A stretch of DNA of 63,387 bases, filler included, from Trichomonas gallinae (lineage: Eukaryota): assembly GCA_008369845.1 (NCBI GenBank). It is 8 parts of 8 records of this genome, joined end to end, with 100 filler letters (N's around TTAATTAATTAA, not from the genome) between each part and the next. Parts side by side here need not be neighbours in the genome. Positions count along the whole stretch, not along the records: positions 37,101 to 44,582 come from MRSU01000060.1; positions 44,683 to 47,002 come from MRSU01000063.1; positions 47,103 to 57,724 come from MRSU01000073.1; 5 more parts are not named here. One strand, 5' to 3'. Shown piece by piece: positions 39,349 through 49,760 of the stretch. A model generated the notes under the pieces. It was not told the DNA's origin. It did not search any database and was given only the letters and a program-made list of their open reading frames with translations. Each line of letters starts with the position of its first letter. The first letter of the stretch is position 1. The position numbers and the translations under genes are program-made.

Positions 39349-40908
39349 CTAGAGTTCTTTTGGCTCCCATAATCTGATGACTTCTTCATCACCGCAGGAA
39401 GCAAACATGTGCGCGTGAGGACTCCAGACTACATCGAAGACGCATGTTCTGTTCGCTCTAATCTTGTCTATGACTTTTCCGGTGCTCGCGTCCCATGTAT
39501 AGATCTTTCCGTCGTCACTGCCACCGATGACTGTTGATCCAGTAGGGCCGAAGTGAGCCCTGACAAAGTGCTTCGCTGAGTTCTGGTGTCCTTTGAGGAG
39601 CATAACCTGGTTTGGCATTCTTAAATCCCAGATTCTGTTTGTGCTGTCTTTTGTGGCAGCCAAAACTCTCGTGAAAGATGGATCAGCGCTGAGGCCAGCG
39701 ACTTCACCGAGAACAGGCGCCAGCTGCATTGTGACCAAGTAAGATCTGACGTCCCACAACTGAACTGTCAGGTCCTTTCCGCCGGAAACAACGATGTTTC
39801 CTGTTGGATCGAAAATTACTGACGTGACAGCTCCCGCGTGGCCCTTGAGTGTTGTTTCTGGGGCCTGTGTCGGAGCATCCCAGACTATGATCGTCTGGTC
39901 ATATCCACCGGATACAATGTGGCGGCCTTCGAAATCTGTATCGACTGAATAAACATCACCGCTGTGGCCATGGAATTCACCAATGAGACGAGACTCTGGG
40001 ACATTGAAGACTCTGACGACGCCGTCGCTGCATGCTGTTGCTGCTACGTCATTTCCTGTGGCGATACTCCAAACTCTTCCTTTATGGCCTTGGAGTTCGT
40101 TAACTTTCTGCATTTTAGCGAGGCTCCACACAATGACGCTTTTATCGCTGCTGCCACTGAGAAGTGTAGATGTTCCTGGAACAAATGCAATTGACTTCAC
40201 GCTGGCCGTATGATGTGATGGCAATTGCATGCACTGGCCGTGAGGCATCACGTCTGGCTGGAAGTCAGATGTCAATGTCTGTATTGGAGATTTCAACTTA
40301 AAATTATCAAGCTGAAAGCGCACTGCAAGCTGAAGGAGATCCAAAAGCCTGTGCTCTGGAAGCTCTTTTTCTATAACTGGAGCGTCGGATTGGCGAATTT
40401 GTTCGTCAATTGTTTCAATAATTCTTTTGAGTGACTCTGAGAGCTCAGGGAGCTGTGGGGATTGCGATGGTGAAGCAATATCAACTAGGACTGCGCAGAG
40501 ATGCTCAAAATCGTGTGGAGTATCTTCGTATGCGCGATGTTCTTTTAATCTTGTTGCTAAGAAAGACATTGCTGTTGTTGTATCTCCAGTTGATAATAAT
40601 TCGAAGAATCTGTGTCGTAGAATTGAGTATAAAAGCTTTGGCGATGTTGTTAATTCTGCTGTCAATGGTTCTATTTGATTCCAGTCACCAGATTTGATGG
40701 CTACACGAAGTTTTAGCAAAAGTCTGCTGCGTGCACTGTCTTTTGAGATTTTAAGACGCATTTCATCTCGAAGAATCAAAGATGCCGCTAAATAGCCTGA
40801 TTCTTCCAAGTGCTGAACGATCGCACTAAGGATCTCGTTCTTAATGTGTGGATTGTTGGGGTCTAAAGCGACATTTAAGTCAGGACGAGAATGTTTTTCA
40901 GCACTCAT
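39349..40908 (-). CDS. LisH/CTLH + WD40-repeat protein (SMU1/WDR26-like architecture)
   Basis: ILSAIVQHLEESGYLAASLILRDE (LisH), LRVAIKSGDW (CTLH), LPEHRLLDLL and seven GH…WD repeats. First ATG is at 40908. Confidence 0.88.
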   Translation of the reverse strand: MSAEKHSRPDLNVALDPNNPHIKNEILSAIVQHLEESGYLAASLILRDEMRLKISKDSARSRLLLKLRVAIKSGDWNQIEPLTAELTTSPKLLYSILRHRFFELLSTGDTTTAMSFLATRLKEHRAYEDTPHDFEHLCAVLVDIASPSQSPQLPELSESLKRIIETIDEQIRQSDAPVIEKELPEHRLLDLLQLAVRFQLDNFKLKSPIQTLTSDFQPDVMPHGQCMQLPSHHTASVKSIAFVPGTSTLLSGSSDKSVIVWSLAKMQKVNELQGHKGRVWSIATGNDVAATACSDGVVRVFNVPESRLIGEFHGHSGDVYSVDTDFEGRHIVSGGYDQTIIVWDAPTQAPETTLKGHAGAVTSVIFDPTGNIVVSGGKDLTVQLWDVRSYLVTMQLAPVLGEVAGLSADPSFTRVLAATKDSTNRIWDLRMPNQVMLLKGHQNSAKHFVRAHFGPTGSTVIGGSDDGKIYTWDASTGKVIDKIRANRTCVFDVVWSPHAHMFASCGDEEVIRLWEPKEL

Positions 40909-41161
40909 TATTATACTGACAGACTCCTTCAAAAAAATTACTTGTCAAAAATTACTTTACTTGGCAAAATATAAGCGTTGACATGTAAATTATTTTTATT
41001 GGCATAATTCGTTTTTGTTGGCAGAGGTATAGTAACAAAGTTTCTCAGATGGTTTTGCCCCATATTCGGGAAATAAGTAGGTATGTACATAGTGAAAATA
41101 ATTATAGGGGTCCAACAGGTTTTCCTACATCCAATAATCAGAAAATTCAAAAATAATATTT

Positions 41162-41369
41162 TGACATGTAAATATTGTTAATTGACATATATTAAGAATG
41201 TTGGCAGGGAAATTTGCTTTACTTGTCATAAATTTGATTTTTGACATGTAACTTTTTTATCTTCTCAAAAGCCTCATGACATGTAAAAATACTTTACTTG
41301 ACACAAAAAAAGATTGTTGACATGTAAATCGTCTTTATTTGACATAAAACATTATTTTTGACGTGTAAA
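41162..41369 (+). promoter_or_regulatory. Second array of TGAC(A/G)TGTAA elements in a divergent promoter
   Basis: Full copies at 41162, 41242, 41277, 41318 and 41359 (also 40979); partial TGACA/TGTCA at 41183, 41224, 41299 and 41340. Confidence 0.68.
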
Positions 41370-41418
41370 CAATATTTTCTGATTTGTAAAGCTTTCATTT
41401 TTGTCATTCTTCAAAAAA

Positions 41419-43599
41419 ATGACTGATTTTCATCAAGCTTTTGAAGAATTCCAGGAGAAATATAGTATCGAGCGTGGAAAAATCATATCCATCAACGCAA
41501 TTAATCTTAAATCTCAAACAGACTTAAAAGATCACTACAATAATTATATTATTTCGCAGTATCTTTTAAATAGGCTGAATTATTCATCAGCAACAATGAC
41601 TGATCAAACAATAGAAGATATGAAGTTCCTTTTGAAAGATATCACTCCGATTTCCGTTGCAAATACTTTAAAACTTTTTCAGAAATCCAATCACAAGGAT
41701 AGATTCGCATATCTGATATTCCTGCTACTTGGAAATCCACAAATGCTGGCACAAATAGTCTATTTGTATCTCATTTTTGATGTTATTCCAAAAGATGACA
41801 AACAATTCTTTATCTTTGTCACGTTTCCTGCAATGTATCAATCATTCGTCTGTACAACCGAACAAAAACTAGCCATTACGCTTATCAAAAATATGTTTTT
41901 ATTGCATACTTCAATACACGGCTCTCAATACTCTATAAAGTTTAAATTCCTATCTGATATGTGCTTCAGCTACTTCCTTTCATCAAATCCCGGCCACTTC
42001 TTCGGTGTGGTTCTTAAGCCGATAATTTGCGAGTTTAGGGAAAACATTGCATCAGATCAATATGAATACAGTGTAGTGAATGGACGATTGCTACGCGCTA
42101 GCTATTATGCGAAATGCTTGACATTTGCTATTAAATTAATGGAAAGAATGGTTAAGTGCATTAATCTTCTCCCTGATTCTGCTATCATATTCCTGAATCA
42201 GCTTACAGGAGACACTATTTCGAACATTTTACTTTTCGAATCTACAATTTGCAATTATTTAGAAAATCCAAACCTTTGCGATGATTATCTCCTCATGAAA
42301 GGTATTTGCTCAGTAATCAGATGTTCATATCCTCAAAATCTCTTCCCATCAAATCTTTTTCCTGATATTCAAAACCCAGAGCTTCTAAAGCAGGTTAGTA
42401 TCGACATATTCTTTGATGCTATCAAGCAGAACGACTCGCGCAGAGGTGAAGATAATCTTTCTGAATCAGTCAAATTATGCGATCGATATTTTGTTGTTTC
42501 TCCACGTGACTTGCACATAATTCAGTCTATGGTCAGCTTATTCATGCATCATGTCAAAGATGATGACGTCAAACAGCTCGCAGAACACTTTGCGACACTC
42601 GCAGACGTCACGCAACCATCCGAACAGAATCAGGTACTACTCCTCAAAGTCTGGGGCGGTGATAGGTCCGAAGTATTCTCTTACAAGCCAACTAAGAACT
42701 TCGATGACATTATTGATGGCCTTGCGATGCTTGACAAGAAGCAGCTCAAGTACAACAGCGCGACGGAATTGACTGAAGTTGCTTTGATGTATTGCGGGAA
42801 GTTCTTGAACTTGTCTCAAAGATTTAGGATACAGTCTACCGGACAATTCTTCACTAAAGAAAATCTCGATAACGCATATAGTACAGTACAATCGAATGTT
42901 TCCGGTCTAAAGGATCTCAGCGATAACTGCTTCAGCTCAATCTACTTTTTGAGCACAGAAAAGAAGAAAACAGATGAACAGATTATAAGGCTTTCGAAGA
43001 TACTTGTGCTGAGGCGCTTCCTTCCTATCCTTCAGAACATGTACTACGAGAGCTTCAACTTCGCTGTGAGAGATGTCTTCGAGGCACGCGCGATTATACC
43101 GCGCATTTTCTCAGCGATAGACAAACATATTGCTCCTATGAAACTCTCACAGAGAATCACGAAACTTATCTCGATGACACTCTTCGGATCTTATTTCAAT
43201 TCCGTTGATAAGATCCTTGGATTTCAGGAGAAAGCAGTGAAGAACGTTGATGCTGCGATGACTAAGTATATCATGGATAACAGCAATATTGAATTGAGCG
43301 ACACTCACAGATCTCTAGTTGATCGCGCAATACGACTATTTACACAAATTTCATTAAGTATGGAAATCACTGAGATAATTGAGCTTGTTCTTGGAGCGAC
43401 CACTCTTCTAAAGAACTTACCAAATAATGTAGTTAGCTATGCTGTTGCTAAGAGTTTGAATACTGCTGTTATTGGCTTCCATAACTTCTTCAGGAGTTAC
43501 ATGCTCGATAACAAGCGCGTTATGGAAGTTATGTTCGACTCTGAAGAACAAAAGCTTATGCAGAAATTCCACAGTGGAGCACTCAATATAAGGCACTAA
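41419..43599 (+). CDS. Hypothetical protein (~726 aa)
   Basis: Long ORF; ATG 41419 is preceded by Inr TCATT at 41404. Helical composition; no confident domain. Confidence 0.8.
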   Translation: MTDFHQAFEEFQEKYSIERGKIISINAINLKSQTDLKDHYNNYIISQYLLNRLNYSSATMTDQTIEDMKFLLKDITPISVANTLKLFQKSNHKDRFAYLIFLLLGNPQMLAQIVYLYLIFDVIPKDDKQFFIFVTFPAMYQSFVCTTEQKLAITLIKNMFLLHTSIHGSQYSIKFKFLSDMCFSYFLSSNPGHFFGVVLKPIICEFRENIASDQYEYSVVNGRLLRASYYAKCLTFAIKLMERMVKCINLLPDSAIIFLNQLTGDTISNILLFESTICNYLENPNLCDDYLLMKGICSVIRCSYPQNLFPSNLFPDIQNPELLKQVSIDIFFDAIKQNDSRRGEDNLSESVKLCDRYFVVSPRDLHIIQSMVSLFMHHVKDDDVKQLAEHFATLADVTQPSEQNQVLLLKVWGGDRSEVFSYKPTKNFDDIIDGLAMLDKKQLKYNSATELTEVALMYCGKFLNLSQRFRIQSTGQFFTKENLDNAYSTVQSNVSGLKDLSDNCFSSIYFLSTEKKKTDEQIIRLSKILVLRRFLPILQNMYYESFNFAVRDVFEARAIIPRIFSAIDKHIAPMKLSQRITKLISMTLFGSYFNSVDKILGFQEKAVKNVDAAMTKYIMDNSNIELSDTHRSLVDRAIRLFTQISLSMEITEIIELVLGATTLLKNLPNNVVSYAVAKSLNTAVIGFHNFFRSYMLDNKRVMEVMFDSEEQKLMQKFHSGALNIRH

Positions 43600-43886
43600 T
43601 ATTTATTAATATTTGTTTGATTTTATTTAAAAATGTTTTTTATGCGATTTTTAACTTTAAAATATTGATCCAAGCATTACAAATTGATATATATGACTTG
43701 ATAATTTCGCTGCAGTGGATATATAAATTTATGATGCACAAAATAGAAAAACATTCTACTGTAGGAATGTTTCTTTCGTTTTGAGAGCACCCATATCCTC
43801 ATCTATATCTTCTTCCACTTTGCTTGATTCTGGGTGCGTCGAAATCCTTTCTGGTATGAGAAAAGAGTTGGAATTAACATATATAG

Positions 43887-44414
43887 TTATAGAATTCGAT
43901 CAATTTCTGGTTCTTGGTATGATTCAAGAGGATCCATGTTTGTGCAATACAAGCAAACATATTTATCAACATTTGATTTAAATTCAGGAAAATTAGTAAC
44001 CATCAAGTGGGCAGCTTCTTTATTTAATGGATCATTTGGTTCTGGCTCTGTAAATAAGTATTGAATTCCGGCAATCAGGAATGGGATTGATGCTGTAGGG
44101 TTGTATCCTTCTCGTAATATGCTTAAACATACACATCCATCCTCATCTATGTTTGGATGATAAATTTTTGTTATGCATTTTACTCTCGGCCTGATGAAAG
44201 GGAAATCATCAGGAATTGTGAATTCAAAATCGAATTTACCAAATTTCCATAGTCCAGTTTCGGGCTGCACACGAACAATAAAATGTTTCACATTTTCTGG
44301 ATCAGGAAATATATATTCAATTCCATGGAGAGTGTCCATATCTTCAAAATCCTTGAGTAATCTAATTGTGGCAAAATCAGCTTTACCTTTCCTTTGTATT
44401 GGACCACTTTCCAT
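43887..44414 (-). CDS. UBC12: NEDD8-conjugating E2 (Ubc12/UBE2M-like)
   Basis: IRLLKD, KIYHPNIDEDGCVCLSILRE (active-site Cys) and QYLFTEPEPNDPLNKEAA. Start placed at 44414 (MESGP…); the ORF track starts at 44456. Confidence 0.8.
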   Translation of the reverse strand: MESGPIQRKGKADFATIRLLKDFEDMDTLHGIEYIFPDPENVKHFIVRVQPETGLWKFGKFDFEFTIPDDFPFIRPRVKCITKIYHPNIDEDGCVCLSILREGYNPTASIPFLIAGIQYLFTEPEPNDPLNKEAAHLMVTNFPEFKSNVDKYVCLYCTNMDPLESYQEPEIDRIL

Positions 44415-44506
44415 AATATGAAAATTTGACCTATAAATATTTACATTGCAAAACATTATATTTACATTTACCTATTTTGGTATAAAAATCAAATCAAGAA
44501 TTGTGT

Positions 44507-44578
44507 GGGTGAGTAGTCTAGTGGTATGATTCCTGTTTTGGGTACAGGAGGTCCCGGGTTCAATTCCCGGCTCGCCCC
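44507..44578 (+). tRNA. tRNA-Pro(TGG)
   Basis: GGGTGAG/CTCGCCC acceptor stem, TAGTCTAGTGGTATGAT D arm, CCTGT-TTTGGGT-ACAGG anticodon arm, CCGGG-TTCAATT-CCCGG T arm. TATAAAAA at 44481 and a T-run after. Confidence 0.96.
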
Positions 44579-44582
44579 ATTT

Positions 44583-44682
44583 NNNNNNNNNNNNNNNNNN
44601 NNNNNNNNNNNNNNNNNNNNNNNNNNTTAATTAATTAANNNNNNNNNNNNNNNNNNNNNNNNNNNNNNNNNNNNNNNNNNNN
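44583..44682. other. Artificial contig linker
   Basis: N44-TTAATTAATTAA-N44. Confidence 0.98.
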
Positions 44683-44991
44683 CAAATTTTCTTAGGTTTA
44701 CATGAAAATTGAGAGAATCCCTGGTCTCACTTTTTATCCCTGGTTATTGCTCCACTGTTAATCTTTTTTTGCTATTTGTTTTTGTTTATTCATGCTATAA
44801 TACTTGTAAATTATTATGCTATTATACTAATTTTACTACTTGTTTGGCTTAATTTTTGAAATTTTATATTTTGATTTAAAAAAATTAGATTTTAAAATTA
44901 AAAGAGAATAAATCTGGCATTAGTGTAAGAAAAAATATTGGTTGTAGATATATAAACGTTTAAGAATCGATCAAAATTTTGCATGAAAATT

Positions 44992-46041
44992 TTAAATTGT
45001 GCCGAACTTGAATCCAATGACATTATGGAGCTTCTGGCCTGGATAGACTGTTGTTGTTGGGAACCAATGTGTGTTTGGAGCATTGGCAAAGTTACCAGCT
45101 TCAAGGCAGAAAGCGTGGCGCTTATCGCACTTTGTTCCGTACTTTCCAGCGAAGCCATCCATCCAGTTGGCTGTGTAGAGCTGCATGCCTGGAAGGTCTG
45201 TGTGCATCTCGAGGAAGATTCCTGTCTTCTTGTTGACGGCTCTTGCAGCACGAGCGAATTGGCCTCTCCACTGCTTGCGAAGGACGAAGTTGTGGTCGTA
45301 GCCTGTGCCCTTGATGATCTGATCATCCTTATCGTTGATGTGCTTGCCGATTGCCATTGGCTGTCTGAAGTCGAAGACTGTGCCATCAACTCTGAGGATT
45401 TCACCTGTTGGTGTCATGTGGTCGTCGACTGGTGTGAAGAAATCGGATTCGACCTGTAATTCTGTGTCGAAAACATCATCTTCTGGTGTGGAAAGATTAA
45501 AGAATGAGTGCTGTGTGTAGTTGGCGATTGTGGCCTTGTCTGTTGTTGAGTCAAAGTCCAATTTGAGCATATCTTCTTCAAGAGTGAATGTGATGACTGT
45601 TGTGAGGTTGCCTGGGAATCCATCAGCTCCATCGACGGAAATATACTTAAGGACAACCTTGTTTGCTGTCTGTTCGACGATATCCCAAACGTTATTGTGG
45701 AAACCGGAGGCACCTGTGTGGTTGTTGTTGATGTCATTGTTGACTGGGCAGTGGTACTCTGTGCCATCGATGTTGAAAACACCCTTTCCGATTCTGTTTG
45801 TTGATCTGCCACATGTAGCACCTGTGAAACGGTCGGAATGCTCGATCATTTCCTTGATATTTGGCTGGTTAAGGACGATATCATGCATTTTGCCGTCTTT
45901 GTCTGGAACAACGAAGGAGATAATATTTGCGCCGAAGTTGGAAATGCAAACCTCAGCACCCTTAGCGTTCTTGAGGACAATGAACTTGACCTGCTTGCCC
46001 TGGTGTGTTGTTTCGTAGTCAGATGCCTTAAGACCTAACAT
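44992..46041 (-). CDS. galM: Aldose 1-epimerase (galactose mutarotase)
   Basis: GATCGRSTNRI, DGFPGNL, NYTQHSFFNL (catalytic His), PTGEI..V.GT.FDFR, GYDHNFVL, PGMQLYT and FCLE (catalytic Glu). Confidence 0.95.
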   Translation of the reverse strand: MLGLKASDYETTHQGKQVKFIVLKNAKGAEVCISNFGANIISFVVPDKDGKMHDIVLNQPNIKEMIEHSDRFTGATCGRSTNRIGKGVFNIDGTEYHCPVNNDINNNHTGASGFHNNVWDIVEQTANKVVLKYISVDGADGFPGNLTTVITFTLEEDMLKLDFDSTTDKATIANYTQHSFFNLSTPEDDVFDTELQVESDFFTPVDDHMTPTGEILRVDGTVFDFRQPMAIGKHINDKDDQIIKGTGYDHNFVLRKQWRGQFARAARAVNKKTGIFLEMHTDLPGMQLYTANWMDGFAGKYGTKCDKRHAFCLEAGNFANAPNTHWFPTTTVYPGQKLHNVIGFKFGTI

Positions 46042-46048
46042 TTACTAA

Positions 46049-46059
46049 AAGTGAAGTGA
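46049..46059 (-). promoter_or_regulatory. Tandem initiator elements TCACTTCACTT upstream of galM
   Basis: Minus strand reads ATCACTTCACTTTTAGTAAATG up to the start codon. Confidence 0.7.
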
Positions 46060-47002
46060 TAAAATTGAATATGCTATTTTTGAAAGGAAACCCATCATTT
46101 TTAAATAGCTTCTCCAAATTCTAAAATTGACTTACTCATTATCCAAACATTTTAAAATTATAGTTATTTTTTAAATGTAAAATCTGCAAAGATTTTTGCT
46201 TTAATATTCAAAATATAGCATTTTTATAACCTACATAATCCATATTTAACTTTTATTTTATGTTTTATATTTTTAAACAATTTAAACAAAAAATTATGCA
46301 ATAAAATTCTATATATCAGGGATTAAAAAAAAAGTTCACAGGTCATTCAAAAAATTAAAGCAAAAAAGTTGGAAAATATTTTTGTTTAGAGTTTTTTATA
46401 TATCTTTTGCTCGGAAAATTTTGTAAACATTTCAAAACTTTAACAGACTCTTTCAAAAATTGACAAGGGAGAATTTATTTTTGTAAAACTGGCAAAGATT
46501 AATGAAAGTCATTACAATAGAGTACCCATCAGGCAATATTATCGAATATGAGTTTAAATTTCGTCTAACTTGAAAATTAATAAGAAATCTGCAATCTTTT
46601 ACAAAAAATCTTTTATTTTTCAATGAGTCAATGATATTATTGAATAGTAAGAGTAGCAAAAGTGACTCAAAATATCCGTATTGCAAACAAAGTAATATTC
46701 CTTGATATCAAATTTATCAAAAAATGATTAAAATTGGATTGCGTACATAGATAGCTTCTCTATGTTGCAAACGTTTTTTTATCACCCTTGGCCTTTATTA
46801 CACATAAAAATTTTATTATTCATTCAATACCCCTATAAAACTATAAGCAATATGAATGCTCAGCAAAACGAATATCAATAACTCTATACAAAGACCATTT
46901 CACAATGATTATCAAAAATCATTACCGTCATCCGCTTTTCGGGGATCAACTGGGTTTTCGGGGATCTATTCAATCTAGAGGGGTGCAAAGTGGCATGACC
47001 AA

Positions 47003-47102
47003 NNNNNNNNNNNNNNNNNNNNNNNNNNNNNNNNNNNNNNNNNNNNTTAATTAATTAANNNNNNNNNNNNNNNNNNNNNNNNNNNNNNNNNNNNNNNNNN
47101 NN
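47003..47102. other. Artificial contig linker
   Basis: N44-TTAATTAATTAA-N44. Confidence 0.98.
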
Positions 47103-47137
<35 letters not shown>

Positions 47138-48273
47138 AAAAGAAGTTTTGCGTTCAGTTTTTCATAGCTGCGGTCTATATTTAAGGTTATTTCTGGTCAA
47201 TCGGTGCCGACTGAAAGAAAGCGAATAATCTTATAGGGGTCATGAAAAACTTATTTTCTTCTTTGGAGCTATTTTTTAAAACGAAGGATGCCACCTAAAA
47301 TAGTTTTTTTTTGTTACGACTACGACCCGATTTTTTTTATTTTTTCGAGTCGTAAATTTTTTTAAACTAAATTTAGTGAAATATTGAAGTTATCAGTGCC
47401 ATGATGCAAAATACTGCTTCAAAAGTATTAAAATTTCAACGTAAGTGCTACTTTTAAAATTGCGCGTGGAAATTTTGGAAATAAGTAATATCATTTTGCC
47501 TTATTTCTCTAAATAAGTCAAAACAACATAAATTAGATTTTGACTTGAAGCTGATATCATTTGATAAATACGATAGATTTTCGTTATCAGTTTTGACTTT
47601 TGTAATAATAGACATATCATGTATAAGATTTTAAATTTTTGATAGATGAAATTTTACTATCAAATTGAATACAGTAAAAGGTTCAAAAACAATCGATTTT
47701 CTAACTCCAAATTAGATATCAAAGTAACCAAAAGAAATTTTGGAAGAAACTTTTTTTTTACTGATAAAAACTTTATATCCATATAGAATTAGATAGAAAT
47801 CATATATTCCTTTTCCATTTCAATAAAATAACAATAGAAAATAAATTCAAAGGGTTGAGCAATTTGAGTTAATAACGTGCACGTTGATTATCATATATAC
47901 TGTTAATTTAACAGATTTAATGAATGATTATTCATTTTCCAGAAACAAATCAAACTTGTTATATGAAATAATAAGGTGCTAAATCAAGTTTTAGATTCGA
48001 GATTTTTGTGAATTTTTCAGGTTTTTCAATTTCTGACATTTTTGAGACTAAAATAATCGTAACCGGCTATCTCAATTTTTGGATCATGTATTTTTATTAT
48101 TTAGCCATTTCTATAGCTGTTCCCGACTGCAGAAAACCTCTCAAAAATCAGATACATTCAATTTTTGTGAACTTGAATGAATTAATTAAGGATATGTATA
48201 TAACATGTAATAGAGTGAAATTACGAAGAATAAATTTTCTACAAAAACCTGAGAAAAAATTATATTTTTTTCA

Positions 48274-49329
48274 ATGATTAAAACAGTACCTGAATGTTTA
48301 CTTACAAGGAAGAATGCCATTGAGACAATCTGGTGCCTCGATGAGACAAACTACGAAGTCATTTTCATGGAAATCTGCAAATACTACGACACGGGATGTA
48401 TCCAATGCGCTGAAATCTTCGAGACGCTAGGCACATATTCCACATTCCACCTTAAGAATTTACCATTAGCTTACCAAATGTGCAAAGACTTTGCCAAGAA
48501 ATATCAAATTAATGCTGTCTGCTGCTTCATTGCTTCACACTCACTGAGAAAGATGTTGGAGAACGACAAGATCCTTGATACAACATCTTGCAAACAAGTC
48601 GCCAAAACTGCTCACGTTTTCGCTCTCAGACAAAATAATCTCTATTTTTCACAGAAGTTAACCAATCAAGATGTTATTGATATCTACCCATATGATTCAT
48701 TAGAATACGCAATTGTACACGATGATATTGAAGGTTTCAAGCAAAATTTCGAATCATTTAATGATTATGACTTGGAATTCAAGATCACAATCATCGATTC
48801 TCCATTCTACACAGAGTTACTCCTCGTTGACGCATGCGCATACTATGGAGCACTTCGTTGTTTCGAATATCTTAACGAAAAAGGCGCTGTTTTCTCTTCA
48901 GACACGTTTCGCTGCGCTGTTATCGGAGGAAACCCAAAGATTATCCATTTATGCGAAGATAAGCCCAACATCAAGATAGACAATGTTTCCTTAGATTTGG
49001 CAATTCGTGCTCATCACTATATAATTGCCAATTGGCTTGAGGTTAAGTATAATCTCAGATTCTCATGGCTTCCTATACTCGAAGCGAAGAATTACAGGTT
49101 CTTATTCGCCAAACTTAAAAAAGTCACAGATATCAACTGCATTGACTCCCGCCACAGCACAATATTAAACGCTGCTACGGCCCTTAATAATGTTGATATC
49201 ATTAATTGGATCCGTGACGTAAGCAATAAGCATCCAATGAATTTAAAAAAATTAGCTTCATTGGTAGCAGGCCACGGCTATACCAGGAGTAAGTCTATTA
49301 TCGTCCATCACCATGCTTTCCATGCTTAA
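48274..49329 (+). CDS. DUF3447/ankyrin-repeat family protein
   Basis: SLEYAIVHDDIEGFK, LLLVDACAYYGALRCFEYL, AVIGGNPKIIHLC, AIRAHH..IANWL and DIN.ID…STILNAA are typical of the trichomonad DUF3447-ankyrin family. Confidence 0.88.
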   Translation: MIKTVPECLLTRKNAIETIWCLDETNYEVIFMEICKYYDTGCIQCAEIFETLGTYSTFHLKNLPLAYQMCKDFAKKYQINAVCCFIASHSLRKMLENDKILDTTSCKQVAKTAHVFALRQNNLYFSQKLTNQDVIDIYPYDSLEYAIVHDDIEGFKQNFESFNDYDLEFKITIIDSPFYTELLLVDACAYYGALRCFEYLNEKGAVFSSDTFRCAVIGGNPKIIHLCEDKPNIKIDNVSLDLAIRAHHYIIANWLEVKYNLRFSWLPILEAKNYRFLFAKLKKVTDINCIDSRHSTILNAATALNNVDIINWIRDVSNKHPMNLKKLASLVAGHGYTRSKSIIVHHHAFHA

Positions 49330-49760
49330 TTTGTTTGTTTTGTATAATGTTTGTAATATTTAAATTCTTTATGTTTGTTATCTATGCTTTTTCCTCACAT
49401 ACTTAATGAATACTCATATTACATGTGTGAGTAGTATTGTTTATTTTGACGACTTACAAACCAATCATGAAAGAGATAAACTCTTATCAATATCAGCCAA
49501 ATCCGACACTAATTTCGCTCATTTTAACACAATAATATCATATTCTTACGAGGAAAATGACTTTTGGACAAAATTTTACGTTCACATATTATCAAAAAAT
49601 GGCAAAATTCCTTTTCGGATTGATCACTATTCATCTCTCATCTTGCTCATTTATGTTTCAACTCCTACTAGCGATATATACATGTAAATTAATTTGCGGA
49701 CATATTATTGATCGAATAATACCTAAAATAAAACAATTTATAAAATAAAAAACAAGTATA

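Noticed and set aside
46000..46041. galM N-terminus 'ML…' as a hydrogenosomal presequence
   Set aside because: Lacks the Ser/Ala-rich, Arg(-2) cleavage pattern, and the enzyme homology appears to begin immediately.
49406..49748. 93-aa and 63-aa ORFs between the DUF3447 and BEACH genes
   Set aside because: No domain, codon bias or promoter motif to support them.
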